Shown piece by piece: positions 38,160 through 47,715 of a stretch of 64,000 nucleotides of DNA (the stretch's first letter is position 1; each line of letters begins with the position of its first letter). Made by a program: the position numbers and the translations under genes. The stretch spans positions 26,531 to 90,530 of the forward strand of contig CAZZKG010000003.1 in NCBI GenBank assembly GCA_964654825.1. The letters run 5' to 3'. The notes under the pieces are model-generated. The model saw nothing but the letters and a program-made list of their open reading frames with translations, was not told where the DNA came from and did not search any database. Origin of the DNA: an uncultured Gemmatimonadota bacterium (GTDB lineage Bacteria > Gemmatimonadota > CAZMKB01).

Positions 38160-39515
38160 ATGTCGGAAGCCGTTGATGCCTTCATGGCGATGGTCAAGGC
38201 AAAAGATCCCGCCCAGCCTGCGTTTCACCAGGCCGTGTTCGAGGTGGTCAACTCACTTTTGCCGTTTATCGAAAAAAATCCAAAATATCAGAAAGCAAAG
38301 ATCCTCGAACGTATCGTCGAGCCCGAGCGTGTCATCATGTTCCGGGTACCCTGGCTCGATGACAGGGGTGATGTCCAGGTCAACAGGGGATTCCGTATCG
38401 AGATGAACAGCGCGATCGGTCCCTACAAGGGCGGACTTCGTTTCCACCCATCAGTCAATCTGGGCATCCTCAAGTTCCTGGCCTTCGAACAGGTTTTCAA
38501 GAACAGCCTCACCACACTCCCGATGGGTGGGGGCAAGGGTGGTTCAGATTTCGATCCGAAGGGGAAGAGTGACAATGAAGTGATGCGGTTCTGCCAGAGT
38601 TTCATGACGGAACTGTGCCGCCACATCGGGCCGAATACGGATGTACCGGCCGGTGATATCGGTGTCGGTGGCAGAGAGATCGGTTACCTCTTCGGCCAGT
38701 ATAAAAGGATTCGCAACGAATTTACCGGCGTTCTCACCGGGAAAGGCCGCAACTGGGGCGGCTCGCTGATACGGCCGGAAGCAACCGGATACGGTGCCGT
38801 CTACTTCGCGGCCGAGATGCTGAGTTCCCGTGGCGACACACTCGAAGGCAAGACCTGCCTGGTCTCAGGAAGCGGAAATGTGGCACAGTACACCACCGAG
38901 AAGATCCATGAGCTCGGCGGGAAGGTGGTTACCCTTTCGGACTCGAGCGGGTATATCTATGATGAGTCCGGAGTTGATTCTGACAAACTGGCTTTCGTCA
39001 TGGATCTCAAAAACGCACGCCGCGGCAGGATAAAGGAGTACGCCGATAAGTACAAGGTACCTTTCACGCCGGTCGATTCCGGTCTAGATCACAATCCGCT
39101 CTGGAACCACAAAGCGGATTGTGCATTCCCCTGCGCCACTCAAAACGAAATCAACGGGGAGGATGCCCGGAACCTGGTGAATAACGGAGTGAGTGTCGTC
39201 AGCGAAGGGGCAAACATGCCCACGACCCCGGACGGGATTGACATCTACCTGCAGGAGAAGATCCTCTACGGTCCCGGAAAAGCGGCAAACGCCGGAGGTG
39301 TTGCCGTCTCGGGTCTCGAGATGTCACAGAACTCCCTCAGGCTTTCATGGACCCGTGAGGAGGTCGACCAGCGTCTGCATGGTATCATGAAGGCGATCCA
39401 TGCGCAGTGCGTGGAACACGGGAAAGTCGGTGATTATGTCAATTACGTCGATGGTGCCAATATCGCCGGTTTTATCAAAATCGCTGACACCATGATCGAT
39501 CAGGGAGTGGTGTAA
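38160..39515 (+). CDS. gdhA: NADP-specific glutamate dehydrogenase
   Basis: LPMGGGKGGSDFDPKGKSDNEVMRFCQSFMTEL catalytic motif. Rossmann motif VSGSGNVAQY. 451 aa. Confidence 0.9.
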   Translation: MSEAVDAFMAMVKAKDPAQPAFHQAVFEVVNSLLPFIEKNPKYQKAKILERIVEPERVIMFRVPWLDDRGDVQVNRGFRIEMNSAIGPYKGGLRFHPSVNLGILKFLAFEQVFKNSLTTLPMGGGKGGSDFDPKGKSDNEVMRFCQSFMTELCRHIGPNTDVPAGDIGVGGREIGYLFGQYKRIRNEFTGVLTGKGRNWGGSLIRPEATGYGAVYFAAEMLSSRGDTLEGKTCLVSGSGNVAQYTTEKIHELGGKVVTLSDSSGYIYDESGVDSDKLAFVMDLKNARRGRIKEYADKYKVPFTPVDSGLDHNPLWNHKADCAFPCATQNEINGEDARNLVNNGVSVVSEGANMPTTPDGIDIYLQEKILYGPGKAANAGGVAVSGLEMSQNSLRLSWTREEVDQRLHGIMKAIHAQCVEHGKVGDYVNYVDGANIAGFIKIADTMIDQGVV

Positions 39516-39549
39516 ATCTTCTCGCTTTTCACTTTTCGACCACAAGCAC

Positions 39550-39581
39550 GAGGCAGGCTCCTGAAGCCTGCCTCTTTTTTT
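39550..39581 (+). terminator. rho-independent terminator after gdhA
   Basis: GAGGCAGGC (39550-39558) pairs with GCCTGCCTC (39566-39574), followed by TTTTTTT. Confidence 0.7.
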
Positions 39582-39767
39582 CTCGGCCACAATTTCGACC
39601 ATCTCATTGTTCAGCTCTACCTATACCAGGTTCCTCCTGGACGTATGACTGACTCTTAGGTAGTGATTGTTCCTCGATCTGTTTTTTCGACCCATTTCGG
39701 CGTGAAAATGTCCTCGGAGCATTCTCCCGGATAAAGGCGAACACGACACCGACAGGAGTCGACAGGC

Positions 39768-39805
39768 TTGACAAAATGGCAACATGTGTGCTATCATTTT
39801 GTCAA
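39768..39805 (+). promoter_or_regulatory. sigma-70-like promoter (TTGACA-18bp-TATCAT) overlapped by a perfect 11-bp inverted repeat (TTGACAAAATG ... CATTTTGTCAA)
   Basis: The inverted-repeat arms at 39768-39778 and 39795-39805 bracket the -35/-10 elements. A putative operator upstream of the histidine kinase gene. Confidence 0.45.
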
Positions 39806-39844
39806 AATGGTTGACGAACAGGTGATTGTGGAGGAGAAAAATTT

Positions 39845-42505
39845 ATGATCAAGCCTGATGAGATCCTTGAATCTCTCGTCACGGTTATGGCAGATAGCTC
39901 GAACCTGGATTCCCTCATGGTTGCTTCACTCGACCTCCTTATCAAAGTGTCCCGAGCCAGTGGAGGGTATCTTCGGGTTGTCGATGCGGCAGGGGAGGGG
40001 AAGACTGTCAGAAAACATTTCTCCCGCGAAGCCTTTCAAATGGTGAACAAACCGGAGTATCAAAACGGCAAGGTCAAAGCCGGGGTCATGAGTACTTCGA
40101 CGGGAAAAGTCCTCATATTTCTCTTCTGTGAGAATGAAACGCAGACCGGGTTTGTTGCCCTTGACTACCGGAGTAGGTCCGTCTCATCGATCGATAATAA
40201 TACCGGCTCGATGGAGACACTTGTCCGGCTCATCGGTTACCAGATCGTGTCCAGATGTCAGGCCGAGATGATGCACAGGAGATACGAAGAGTACAAACGG
40301 GTGATCGAGAAAGCACCGATCGGTATATTGATTTTCGACCACAGCGGCAAGCTGACTTCGATCAACCCGTTCCACACATCCGGACTTCCTGCCCACCGGG
40401 GTAAAGATCTCATCCGGACCACAAACGTGTTACATGATGAATCAATCAAACAGGCGGGACTTCTGAATTATTTCAAAAAACTCCTCGGGGGCGAACCGTT
40501 CGAGCTCTTCAATCACCCTTACACGACCATGTTCATGAAGAAAAATGTCTTTGTGGATGTCCGGGGTGTTCCCCTGATCGGTAGCGAGGGAAAGATAGAG
40601 GGCGGTATCGTTCTGATCAACAATGTGACCGAAAAGGCATGGCTCGAAGAGGAGCTCAGGAATTCCCGTGATCATCTCGAAAACATCATTAACAGTATCG
40701 ACAATGAGATCATCGTCGTCGATCGAAACCACACGATTCAGCTCGTGAACAACGCCTATATCAGAAATTACAATCTGGAAAGCTCTTCTCTCATCGGCAT
40801 GAAGTGCTACTACGTGAGTCACGGAAAAAAGGAGCCATGTACACTCGAAAACAGGGAGTGCCCGGTGAGTAACGTCTTCGCTGATGGTAGGACACGGACG
40901 ATGATTCACCGTCATCAGGGGAAACACGGACCGAGGTCGGTCGAGGTCACCTACACTCCCCTGAAGGACTCGGAGGGTGAAGTTGTTAATGTCATCATCG
41001 TCGCTCAGGATATCACGGAGAGGCTGGTTCTCGAGGTCGAGAGGGAGAAGACCAGGGAGGAATTGAGAGCAGTGTTCGAAGGTATTACCGATTCCATCAT
41101 GGTAATAGACCGGGATTTGAAGATCATCAAAGCCAACAGCGGAAGCGGCCTCCTCTACCACCTGAGAACGGATGACATCATCGGGAAAAAATGTCTCGAT
41201 GTCATAAGAGGGAGCGGTGGAGGGTTTCTCGATTGCCCTGCCGAGAAAACATTCAAAACCGGCCACCCGCTCACACTCTCTGACTGTCTGCTCGAGATAG
41301 CGAACCAGAAGTTATACGCTGATCTGTTCACCTACCCCTCATTCGATCAGGATGGCAACATCTCACATGTAATCATGTACATCCGCGATGTCACGGAGAG
41401 GAAGCTGCTCGAACGCAAATACAGGGACAGGGAAGCTCTGCTTGCGAACATCAGCTCCGACTCCGCTGATGCGATTTTCAGCCTGGACGACGATGACATC
41501 ATCACCTCCTGGAACAAAGGTGCCCAGAAAATGTTCGGGTACGAGGAGAAGGAGGTCGTCGGGAAGAACATCGAATTACTCATCCCCGAGGAGGGGAAGA
41601 AGCAGTTCGAAGAGATTCGGACGATACTGTACCGGGAGGGTTTCGTCAGAAACGTCGAAGCCCGCTGGCAGACGAAGGACGGGCGTGAAGTGGAAATCAT
41701 TTTTACGCGAACTACCCTCACCGATGCCGATGGAAATGTCGTGGGGAGCTCCATCGTGATTAAGGACATCTCCCGTCTGAAAGAGATGGGCCGTGAGCTT
41801 ATTCATGTGGAAAAGCTTGCAGTTCTCGGTAAGATGTCGGCCACCGTGGCACACGAGATCAGAAATCCCCTGGGTTCCATTACACTCAACCTGGATATTC
41901 TGGAGGAGGAAATCGGTGCAGCCGGGGAGAAGCAGGACCCCATCATCCCCGAGCTCTTGTCCTCGATCAGATCCGAGCTCAAACGGCTCTCGCTGATATC
42001 CGATGACTATCTCCGTTTCACGAGGTATCCAAAAGTGAACCTCGCCATGATTGCGTTCGACGACCTCATTGCCGGGGCTGTCGGGCCGCTGAGGGCCCAC
42101 CTCGAGTCGAGGGGCATCGACCTCGAGATTGTTCCGGAGGATGGGACAGGTGTGATCTCAGTTGATGAATATCAGATCGTCCAGGCACTGAGGAATCTGA
42201 TTATCAACGCATCGGAGGCCATGCCCGAACCCGGCACAATCACCATAAAGTACGCAAGACATGAAGATATCGCTGTCATTCAGGTATCTGATACCGGTGT
42301 TGGGATACGCTCCACGGATCTGAACATGATTTTCGATCCTTTTTTTACGACCAAGGAGAAGGGTACCGGTCTGGGCTTGTCCATCGTGAAACAGATTATC
42401 GAACTGCATGGTGGAAAGATCGAATGTGAGAGTACCCCGGGAAAGGGAACCGGTTTTACGCTTCGTTTTCCTGTCATGGAACCTGCTCCCGGAGAAGCCA
42501 GGTGA
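39845..42505 (+). CDS. multi-PAS/GAF sensor histidine kinase
   Basis: GAF-like N-terminus and several PAS-like segments. H-box VAHEIRNPLGSITLNL. HATPase_c (DTGVGIRS...GTGLGLSIVKQIIELHGG). Stop overlaps the next gene start as GTGA. Confidence 0.85.
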   Translation: MIKPDEILESLVTVMADSSNLDSLMVASLDLLIKVSRASGGYLRVVDAAGEGKTVRKHFSREAFQMVNKPEYQNGKVKAGVMSTSTGKVLIFLFCENETQTGFVALDYRSRSVSSIDNNTGSMETLVRLIGYQIVSRCQAEMMHRRYEEYKRVIEKAPIGILIFDHSGKLTSINPFHTSGLPAHRGKDLIRTTNVLHDESIKQAGLLNYFKKLLGGEPFELFNHPYTTMFMKKNVFVDVRGVPLIGSEGKIEGGIVLINNVTEKAWLEEELRNSRDHLENIINSIDNEIIVVDRNHTIQLVNNAYIRNYNLESSSLIGMKCYYVSHGKKEPCTLENRECPVSNVFADGRTRTMIHRHQGKHGPRSVEVTYTPLKDSEGEVVNVIIVAQDITERLVLEVEREKTREELRAVFEGITDSIMVIDRDLKIIKANSGSGLLYHLRTDDIIGKKCLDVIRGSGGGFLDCPAEKTFKTGHPLTLSDCLLEIANQKLYADLFTYPSFDQDGNISHVIMYIRDVTERKLLERKYRDREALLANISSDSADAIFSLDDDDIITSWNKGAQKMFGYEEKEVVGKNIELLIPEEGKKQFEEIRTILYREGFVRNVEARWQTKDGREVEIIFTRTTLTDADGNVVGSSIVIKDISRLKEMGRELIHVEKLAVLGKMSATVAHEIRNPLGSITLNLDILEEEIGAAGEKQDPIIPELLSSIRSELKRLSLISDDYLRFTRYPKVNLAMIAFDDLIAGAVGPLRAHLESRGIDLEIVPEDGTGVISVDEYQIVQALRNLIINASEAMPEPGTITIKYARHEDIAVIQVSDTGVGIRSTDLNMIFDPFFTTKEKGTGLGLSIVKQIIELHGGKIECESTPGKGTGFTLRFPVMEPAPGEAR

Positions 42506-43893
42506 AGAAAAAGAGTGATAAAACCGGAAATGATCACAAGGTCGTACTGATCGTCGAGGATGACGACAGTGTCAGAAGAAGCATCGATATTTCCTTGAAG
42601 CGGGCCGGATACGGGACCCTGATCGCAGAGAATGGTGACCAGGCGATCACTGCGTTGAGGAACAGGTATGTCCACCTTGTCCTTACGGATCTCAGGATGC
42701 CCAAAACCGACGGGCTCGAACTGCTGAGAGCCGCGAAAGTGATCAGACCGGAGGCCGAGGTCATCGTGATGACCGCGTATGGAACAATCGAGACCGCGGT
42801 CGAGGCGATGAAAGTCGGCGCGTACGATTTTATAGAGAAACCGTTCAACCGCCAGACGCTCCTGGCACTCGTGAGAAAAGCTCTCGAGAAACAGTCACTC
42901 GTCGTCGAGAACAGGTTGCTCAGGAAAAAACTCGAGGGGCTCGAGGACAAGCCGCTGTTCATCGGAAAATCCAGGGCTTCGAGAGGAGTTCTGAGGCTGG
43001 CCGAGCAGGTCGCAGCCAGTAAAGCAACCGTGCTCATCCAGGGGAAAAGCGGGACGGGGAAGGGTCTGGTCGCGAAACTCATTCATGAACTGAGCGACCG
43101 GAGGGGAGGACCGTTCGTGCACATCAGCTGTGCCGCCATTCCCGAAACGCTCCTCGAAGCGGAACTCTTCGGATACGAGAGGGGTGCCTTTACCGGAGCG
43201 ATCGCACGGAAGGAAGGCCGGTTCGAAATGGCGGCCGGTGGCTCGATCTTTCTCGACGAGGTGGGCGAAGCGCCACCTTCCACGCAGGTGAAACTCCTGA
43301 GGGTCCTTCAGGAGGGAGAATTCGAACGCCTCGGCGGCAAGAGGACCTTGAAATCCGATGCGCGTGTCATCGCCGCGACGAATCGGAATCTCCTCGAAGC
43401 GATGCAGGCCAATATGTTCAGGGAAGATCTCTATTACCGGCTCAATGTGATCACCATCACCCTTCCCACTCTCAGTGAGAGGACGGAAGACATACCGCTT
43501 CTGGCGCATCACTTCCTCAGCCACTACGCGAGGAAGAACGGCAAACGGGTGAAAGGGGTATCCCAGGATGTGCTCGACCTGTTCAACGACTACATATGGC
43601 CCGGCAACATCAGGGAACTCGAAAATGTAATCGAACGCGCCGTCGTTATCAGCCAGGACGAGTACATCGATGTTGCCGATCTGCCCGATGAGCTCAGGAG
43701 GCGGAGGATACCGACCGATAAAGTGCTCCATATCCCGATCGGTACGAGTCTGAGAGAGACGAAGAAACTGCTCATCCTCGAAACTCTGAAGCACACAAAC
43801 GGCGACAAGGGGACATCGGCAAAAATCCTCGGCGTGGCGACCAGGACCATCTACCGTCTCCTGGAAGAAGAGAAAGACAAAAAGAAGAACTGA
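42502..43893 (+). CDS. sigma-54-dependent response regulator (NtrC family: receiver + AAA+ + HTH)
   Basis: Receiver (VLIVEDDD, HLVLTDLRMPKTDG). Walker A GKSGTGKGLVA. GAFTGA motif. ESELFGHE-like ELFGYERGAF. C-terminal Fis-type HTH. Confidence 0.9.
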   Translation: MKKKSDKTGNDHKVVLIVEDDDSVRRSIDISLKRAGYGTLIAENGDQAITALRNRYVHLVLTDLRMPKTDGLELLRAAKVIRPEAEVIVMTAYGTIETAVEAMKVGAYDFIEKPFNRQTLLALVRKALEKQSLVVENRLLRKKLEGLEDKPLFIGKSRASRGVLRLAEQVAASKATVLIQGKSGTGKGLVAKLIHELSDRRGGPFVHISCAAIPETLLEAELFGYERGAFTGAIARKEGRFEMAAGGSIFLDEVGEAPPSTQVKLLRVLQEGEFERLGGKRTLKSDARVIAATNRNLLEAMQANMFREDLYYRLNVITITLPTLSERTEDIPLLAHHFLSHYARKNGKRVKGVSQDVLDLFNDYIWPGNIRELENVIERAVVISQDEYIDVADLPDELRRRRIPTDKVLHIPIGTSLRETKKLLILETLKHTNGDKGTSAKILGVATRTIYRLLEEEKDKKKN

Positions 43894-43916
43894 TACTCCC
43901 ACCTCCGATTTTCATC

Positions 43917-43932
43917 TGGCACAATAGTTGCT
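43917..43932 (+). promoter_or_regulatory. sigma-54 (-24/-12) promoter: TGGCACA-atag-TTGCT
   Basis: Exact match to the consensus TGGCACG-N4-TTGCW. GG at 43918-43919 and GC at 43930-43931. 100 bp upstream of the CDS at 44033 and immediately downstream of the NtrC-type activator gene. Confidence 0.6.
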
Positions 43933-44032
43933 CTCCGCCTAAATATAACGTGTCCTCCTGCCGGGATCTCGCTGATTTTTTCTTCTTCTCCCCGGTGGGC
44001 ATACTGAACACTTCCCATGCGGATTACATCTC

Positions 44033-44452
44033 ATGGAGAAACTCTCCCGGGCAATCCTCATCGAACCCGATGCCCTCTTCAGAGAAGCACTGAAGAAAGT
44101 TCTTGAGAGAGAAGGGTTTAAGGTTCTCGAGGCATGTTGTCTGGGTGAGGCCCTCCCCCTGATTCTCGGGTCGAACGTGTCCCTGATCACCACGGAGTTA
44201 AAACTCCCGGACTCGGAGGGACCGGAGACGATTGACCGGCTCCTCGACGTATCACCGGATTCTCAGGTGATCATCCTCACCGCCTTTCCCGAGCTGATAC
44301 CGAATGGCGGTTCTGATCGTTATTCCATTGAAAACGTTATATTTATGAGGAAACCGGTCGGTTTGAAGGATCTCCTCGAGAGAATCTCCTGTCCCCAAGC
44401 GGCGAAAACCCAGAAAATGAAAGACAAAATGTCAGGCGAAATCTCCTCATGA
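44033..44452 (+). CDS. receiver-like domain protein with non-canonical phosphorylation site (Asp->Glu)
   Basis: AILIEPDAL in place of DD. LITTELKLPDSEG in place of the LxxDxxMP phospho-acceptor Asp. Conserved T (IILTAF) and K (MRKPV). Confidence 0.5.
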   Translation: MEKLSRAILIEPDALFREALKKVLEREGFKVLEACCLGEALPLILGSNVSLITTELKLPDSEGPETIDRLLDVSPDSQVIILTAFPELIPNGGSDRYSIENVIFMRKPVGLKDLLERISCPQAAKTQKMKDKMSGEISS

Positions 44453-44628
44453 GAGTTGATTTTGCCTGAATGTCGCATCCGGAGGTTTTCTCACCTCACT
44501 TCTGTCAGACTGAAGTTGGAGTTGCTGAGGAATATCCTCCCGATCGAGAATCGCTTATGTAATAACTTGGGATATAAGTAGTTAGAGAATATACTCACAG
44601 CCTCGACAGTGTTGATTCCTGGCACGAT

Positions 44629-44644
44629 GGTTGCTTCTCTCTCA
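44629..44644 (+). promoter_or_regulatory. sigma-54 (-24/-12) promoter: TGGCACG-atgg-TTGCT
   Basis: Perfect consensus. GC at 44642-44643 lies 27 bp upstream of the ATG at 44671 of the first NHL gene. Confidence 0.65.
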
Positions 44645-44670
44645 GTGAATATCATCAAGGGGTCAACACG

Positions 44671-45618
44671 TTGATTTTCTCTGTATCTCACAGACTGATT
44701 ATTTCCGCATTTCTACTGGTTATCGGGACTGTCGGGGCGGACCTTTTTGCCGAACCTGACGTCACAGTCGAAAATGTCACCTACGGTAAGTCACAGAACC
44801 TCATCTTTCAGGCCCCGAGCAGCATCTATTATGATACCAGAAAAGCCGAGATCTATGTCACCGACTCGGGCAACGCTTCTGTTCTCATTTTTAATAGCCA
44901 GGGCAGTTTTCTCTTCAGTTTCAGACACTGGGTGAAGCGGGACGGCAGAGTGATACCCGGCGAGCCCAGAGATATCGTCGTGTCAGGACGCGGGTACATG
45001 TACCTCACCGATGCTCTCTCCCGGGAGATCGACATCATCAGCGTGAGGGGTGAGAAGATAGAGACGATCGATCCCGGAGATTACAAACCTTACCGTGACA
45101 AAGTAGTGTATCCGCAGTACATGGCGATCGACCCGGCTGACACATTGTATGTCACCATTGATGGAGATGTCAAAGAGGTCCTCGTTCTGGATCCCGAGCT
45201 GAGGTTCGTGAGATCGATCACAGGCACCGGAGGCGGATTCGGGGTCCTCACCGGGATAGCGCTCGATGAGTCGGGCAGGGTGCTGGTCACAGACATCGAA
45301 GGGCCCGAATGCGTGCAGGTTTACTCCCGGGCCGGCGAGTTTCTCTTCGGTTTCGGCGTCAAAGCAATAGGTGATGAGAATTTTTCCCATCCTCACGGTC
45401 TCGCCGTCACCTCGGAGGGAGACATCTGGGTCGTCGACTCGTTCCGGCAGGTCGTCAAAAGATTTACACGTGATGGTACGTTCAAGGAAATGGTCGGTGG
45501 GTTCGGATTCAGGCCCGGTGATCAGCAGTATCCGATCGGGATAGACTCGGATCAGAAAGACAGGATTTTTGTCGCAGAGAAAGTTGGTCGCAGGTTTCAA
45601 ATACTGCGGGCTCACTAG
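44671..45618 (+). CDS. secreted NHL-repeat (six-bladed beta-propeller) protein
   Basis: Signal peptide. Repeated blades of the form IYVTD..., LYVTIDGD, RVLVTDIEG, IWVVDSF and RIFVAEK. Confidence 0.75.
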   Translation: MIFSVSHRLIISAFLLVIGTVGADLFAEPDVTVENVTYGKSQNLIFQAPSSIYYDTRKAEIYVTDSGNASVLIFNSQGSFLFSFRHWVKRDGRVIPGEPRDIVVSGRGYMYLTDALSREIDIISVRGEKIETIDPGDYKPYRDKVVYPQYMAIDPADTLYVTIDGDVKEVLVLDPELRFVRSITGTGGGFGVLTGIALDESGRVLVTDIEGPECVQVYSRAGEFLFGFGVKAIGDENFSHPHGLAVTSEGDIWVVDSFRQVVKRFTRDGTFKEMVGGFGFRPGDQQYPIGIDSDQKDRIFVAEKVGRRFQILRAH

Positions 45619-45686
45619 TGTTCTGTCCGCAGAAAATGGACTCGGGCGGTGCCTGGGAACGTTACCACGAAAGGAGGTGAAGTAGA

Positions 45687-46721
45687 TTGAGGAGATTCAC
45701 AACTGGGGTCGTCGGAGCAGTGGCTGTACTCGCTCTTGCAAGTTTTGCCTTCGCGGGTGACTACCATCATGGTAGTACACTCAACTGCTCCGAATGTCAT
45801 GTTATGCACTACAGTCAGTCTCACGGTTATGATGGTGGTGGAGTATTCACTCCGCTGGGCCCTGACGGTCCATACGAATATCTCTTGAGAAATGAGATAA
45901 ACGACCTGTGTCTCACCTGCCACGACGGACAGACATTCGCTCCGGACGTCTTTGAAGCAGGCACGCAGGTTGGACTGGTCAGGCAAGCCGGTGCGCTGAG
46001 TGAGGTGGGTGGACCTTCGCCCTACGAGGAGACAAACGGTCACACTCTCGGGACGACGGATGCTCCTCCTGGAAATGATGCAGGCTGGACACCGGATCCG
46101 GACCAGGGTCTGACATGTACAGACTGCCATCAACCTCACGGTTACGGCGGTCCGACGGATGATCCATACAGGAACCTCAGCCCGAACTCGGGCGGCGGTT
46201 TCCACGCGTCCGTCACCTACGCTGTCGGAACGAATGATCTCGCCATGGACACCTACGAAAGGGTGAATTCAGGGTCGGATCACTATTCCTTCGACAACGT
46301 AGACTTCAACGAGCCTGATCCCACGGGGTCCGGTTACGCCGCCTGGTGTAAGACCTGTCACACACTGTTCCACGGTGACAAGGGCGGCAGCGAGGTCGGC
46401 GGTGCCACAGGCGAAGAGTGGTTGAGGCACCCTCAGGCGGATGCCGACGTCGGTGATGTCGGTGGTGGACATTCAAGCGCTGATGTTTTTGTGGCTGATG
46501 ATGTCTATCCGAAGGTGATGACCGCTACAGAGAACTGGGCACCAACTGACCCGGCTGATGTGACGGATCACACGCCATCGTGCTTCTCGTGCCACAAAGC
46601 CCACGGGAACCAGAATCCCTTCGGGCTTATCTTCCTGGGGACAACCCTCCCCATTACGGAAGAGGGCACGGGCGACGGAGTGTATGTAACACTCTGTCAA
46701 CAGTGCCACGTGCAGGGTTAG
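45687..46721 (+). CDS. multiheme c-type cytochrome (6 CxxCH)
   Basis: Signal peptide. CSECH, CLTCH, CTDCH, CKTCH, CFSCH and CQQCH motifs. Confidence 0.85.
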   Translation: MRRFTTGVVGAVAVLALASFAFAGDYHHGSTLNCSECHVMHYSQSHGYDGGGVFTPLGPDGPYEYLLRNEINDLCLTCHDGQTFAPDVFEAGTQVGLVRQAGALSEVGGPSPYEETNGHTLGTTDAPPGNDAGWTPDPDQGLTCTDCHQPHGYGGPTDDPYRNLSPNSGGGFHASVTYAVGTNDLAMDTYERVNSGSDHYSFDNVDFNEPDPTGSGYAAWCKTCHTLFHGDKGGSEVGGATGEEWLRHPQADADVGDVGGGHSSADVFVADDVYPKVMTATENWAPTDPADVTDHTPSCFSCHKAHGNQNPFGLIFLGTTLPITEEGTGDGVYVTLCQQCHVQG

Positions 46722-46737
46722 TAATCCCTGTTGATCG

Positions 46738-46775
46738 AGGGGGGTGCTGGTGGTGATCGCACCCCCTTCCTTTGT
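46738..46775 (+). terminator. stem-loop terminator after the 6-haem cytochrome gene
   Basis: GGGGGGTGC (46738-46746) pairs with GCACCCCC (46758-46765), followed by TTCCTTTGT. Confidence 0.5.
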
Positions 46776-46797
46776 AAGGATTTTTCGGACAATTTAA

Positions 46798-47715
46798 ATG
46801 ATGAGATGTATTACAATGTTTTCGCTTCTCCTCCTCCTCGTGGTGAACACGGGTGCCGAATCTCAGATACTTCACTTCTCCCTCACCGAACGGTACGCGC
46901 TCTCCACCTTCCCCGGGGAGGGTGGCTTCGGGAGGATTTCCGACGTTTCCTACAGTCTCGATCTCGACGAGATTCTGGTGGCTGATGAGGTGAGGAGGAG
47001 AATTTTCACCTTCAAATCGGACGGCACTCCCGAGCAGGCTCTGGGAGTCGCCACCGATATCCCGCCGCCGTCTGCGACGGTTCCTGGTGGGGATGGGAAG
47101 GTCTATATCGTCGAGGCCCGGACGGGCAAGCTTTTTACGCTGAATCGTGTTGAAGGAGAACAAGTTGTTCCATTTCGAATAACCGGTGAAAAAATCATGG
47201 ATGAGGTCCGTGTGAGCGGTCTGGTGAGAAGCCGGGCGGGTGTTCTTTACCTTGTTACCGATGACGGGAAACAGATCATCATGTGTGATGGGGAGGGGCA
47301 TTACCGCGGGATGAGTGACCGGGGAGTGAGGCTCGGGAGGCTCATCGCGATCGATGTCGATGACCGTGGGAGGATCATCGCCGCGACCCGTGGATTGATC
47401 CCCCTCCGACTGTTCGATGGTTCGGGTTCTTTTTTGAGGAATATCGAGATCAGGGATCTCGCGACGGATATGTCGAGATCCGAGATCGGAGGTGTCGCAT
47501 TCGATGCCCAGGGGAGGGTGTGGCTCACATACCCCGTGGATGGTCTCGTCAGGGTGTTCGATGAAACCGGAACGCTTCTGGACGAGATCGGGAGCTCGGA
47601 GATACCCGGCGGACTTTTTTCCCCGGCTGATATCGAGATCACCCCGATGGGCGATTTACTTATCCTCGAACGGGGATCGAACCGGGTACGCTGTTTCTCG
47701 ATGGAATTACAGTGA
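46798..47715 (+). CDS. secreted NHL-repeat beta-propeller protein
   Basis: Signal peptide. Blades KVYIVEARTG, VLYLVTDDG, RIIAATRG, RVWLTYPVDG and DLLILERG. Confidence 0.7.
   Translation: MMRCITMFSLLLLLVVNTGAESQILHFSLTERYALSTFPGEGGFGRISDVSYSLDLDEILVADEVRRRIFTFKSDGTPEQALGVATDIPPPSATVPGGDGKVYIVEARTGKLFTLNRVEGEQVVPFRITGEKIMDEVRVSGLVRSRAGVLYLVTDDGKQIIMCDGEGHYRGMSDRGVRLGRLIAIDVDDRGRIIAATRGLIPLRLFDGSGSFLRNIEIRDLATDMSRSEIGGVAFDAQGRVWLTYPVDGLVRVFDETGTLLDEIGSSEIPGGLFSPADIEITPMGDLLILERGSNRVRCFSMELQ

Noticed and set aside
42895-43902. 335-aa ORF antisense to the NtrC-type regulator
   Set aside because: The sense-strand product has unambiguous AAA+ and HTH motifs. The antisense ORF is a GC-skew artefact.
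44983-45615. 210-aa ORF antisense to the first NHL gene
   Set aside because: The NHL blade repeats on the sense strand are convincing. The antisense ORF lacks any signature.
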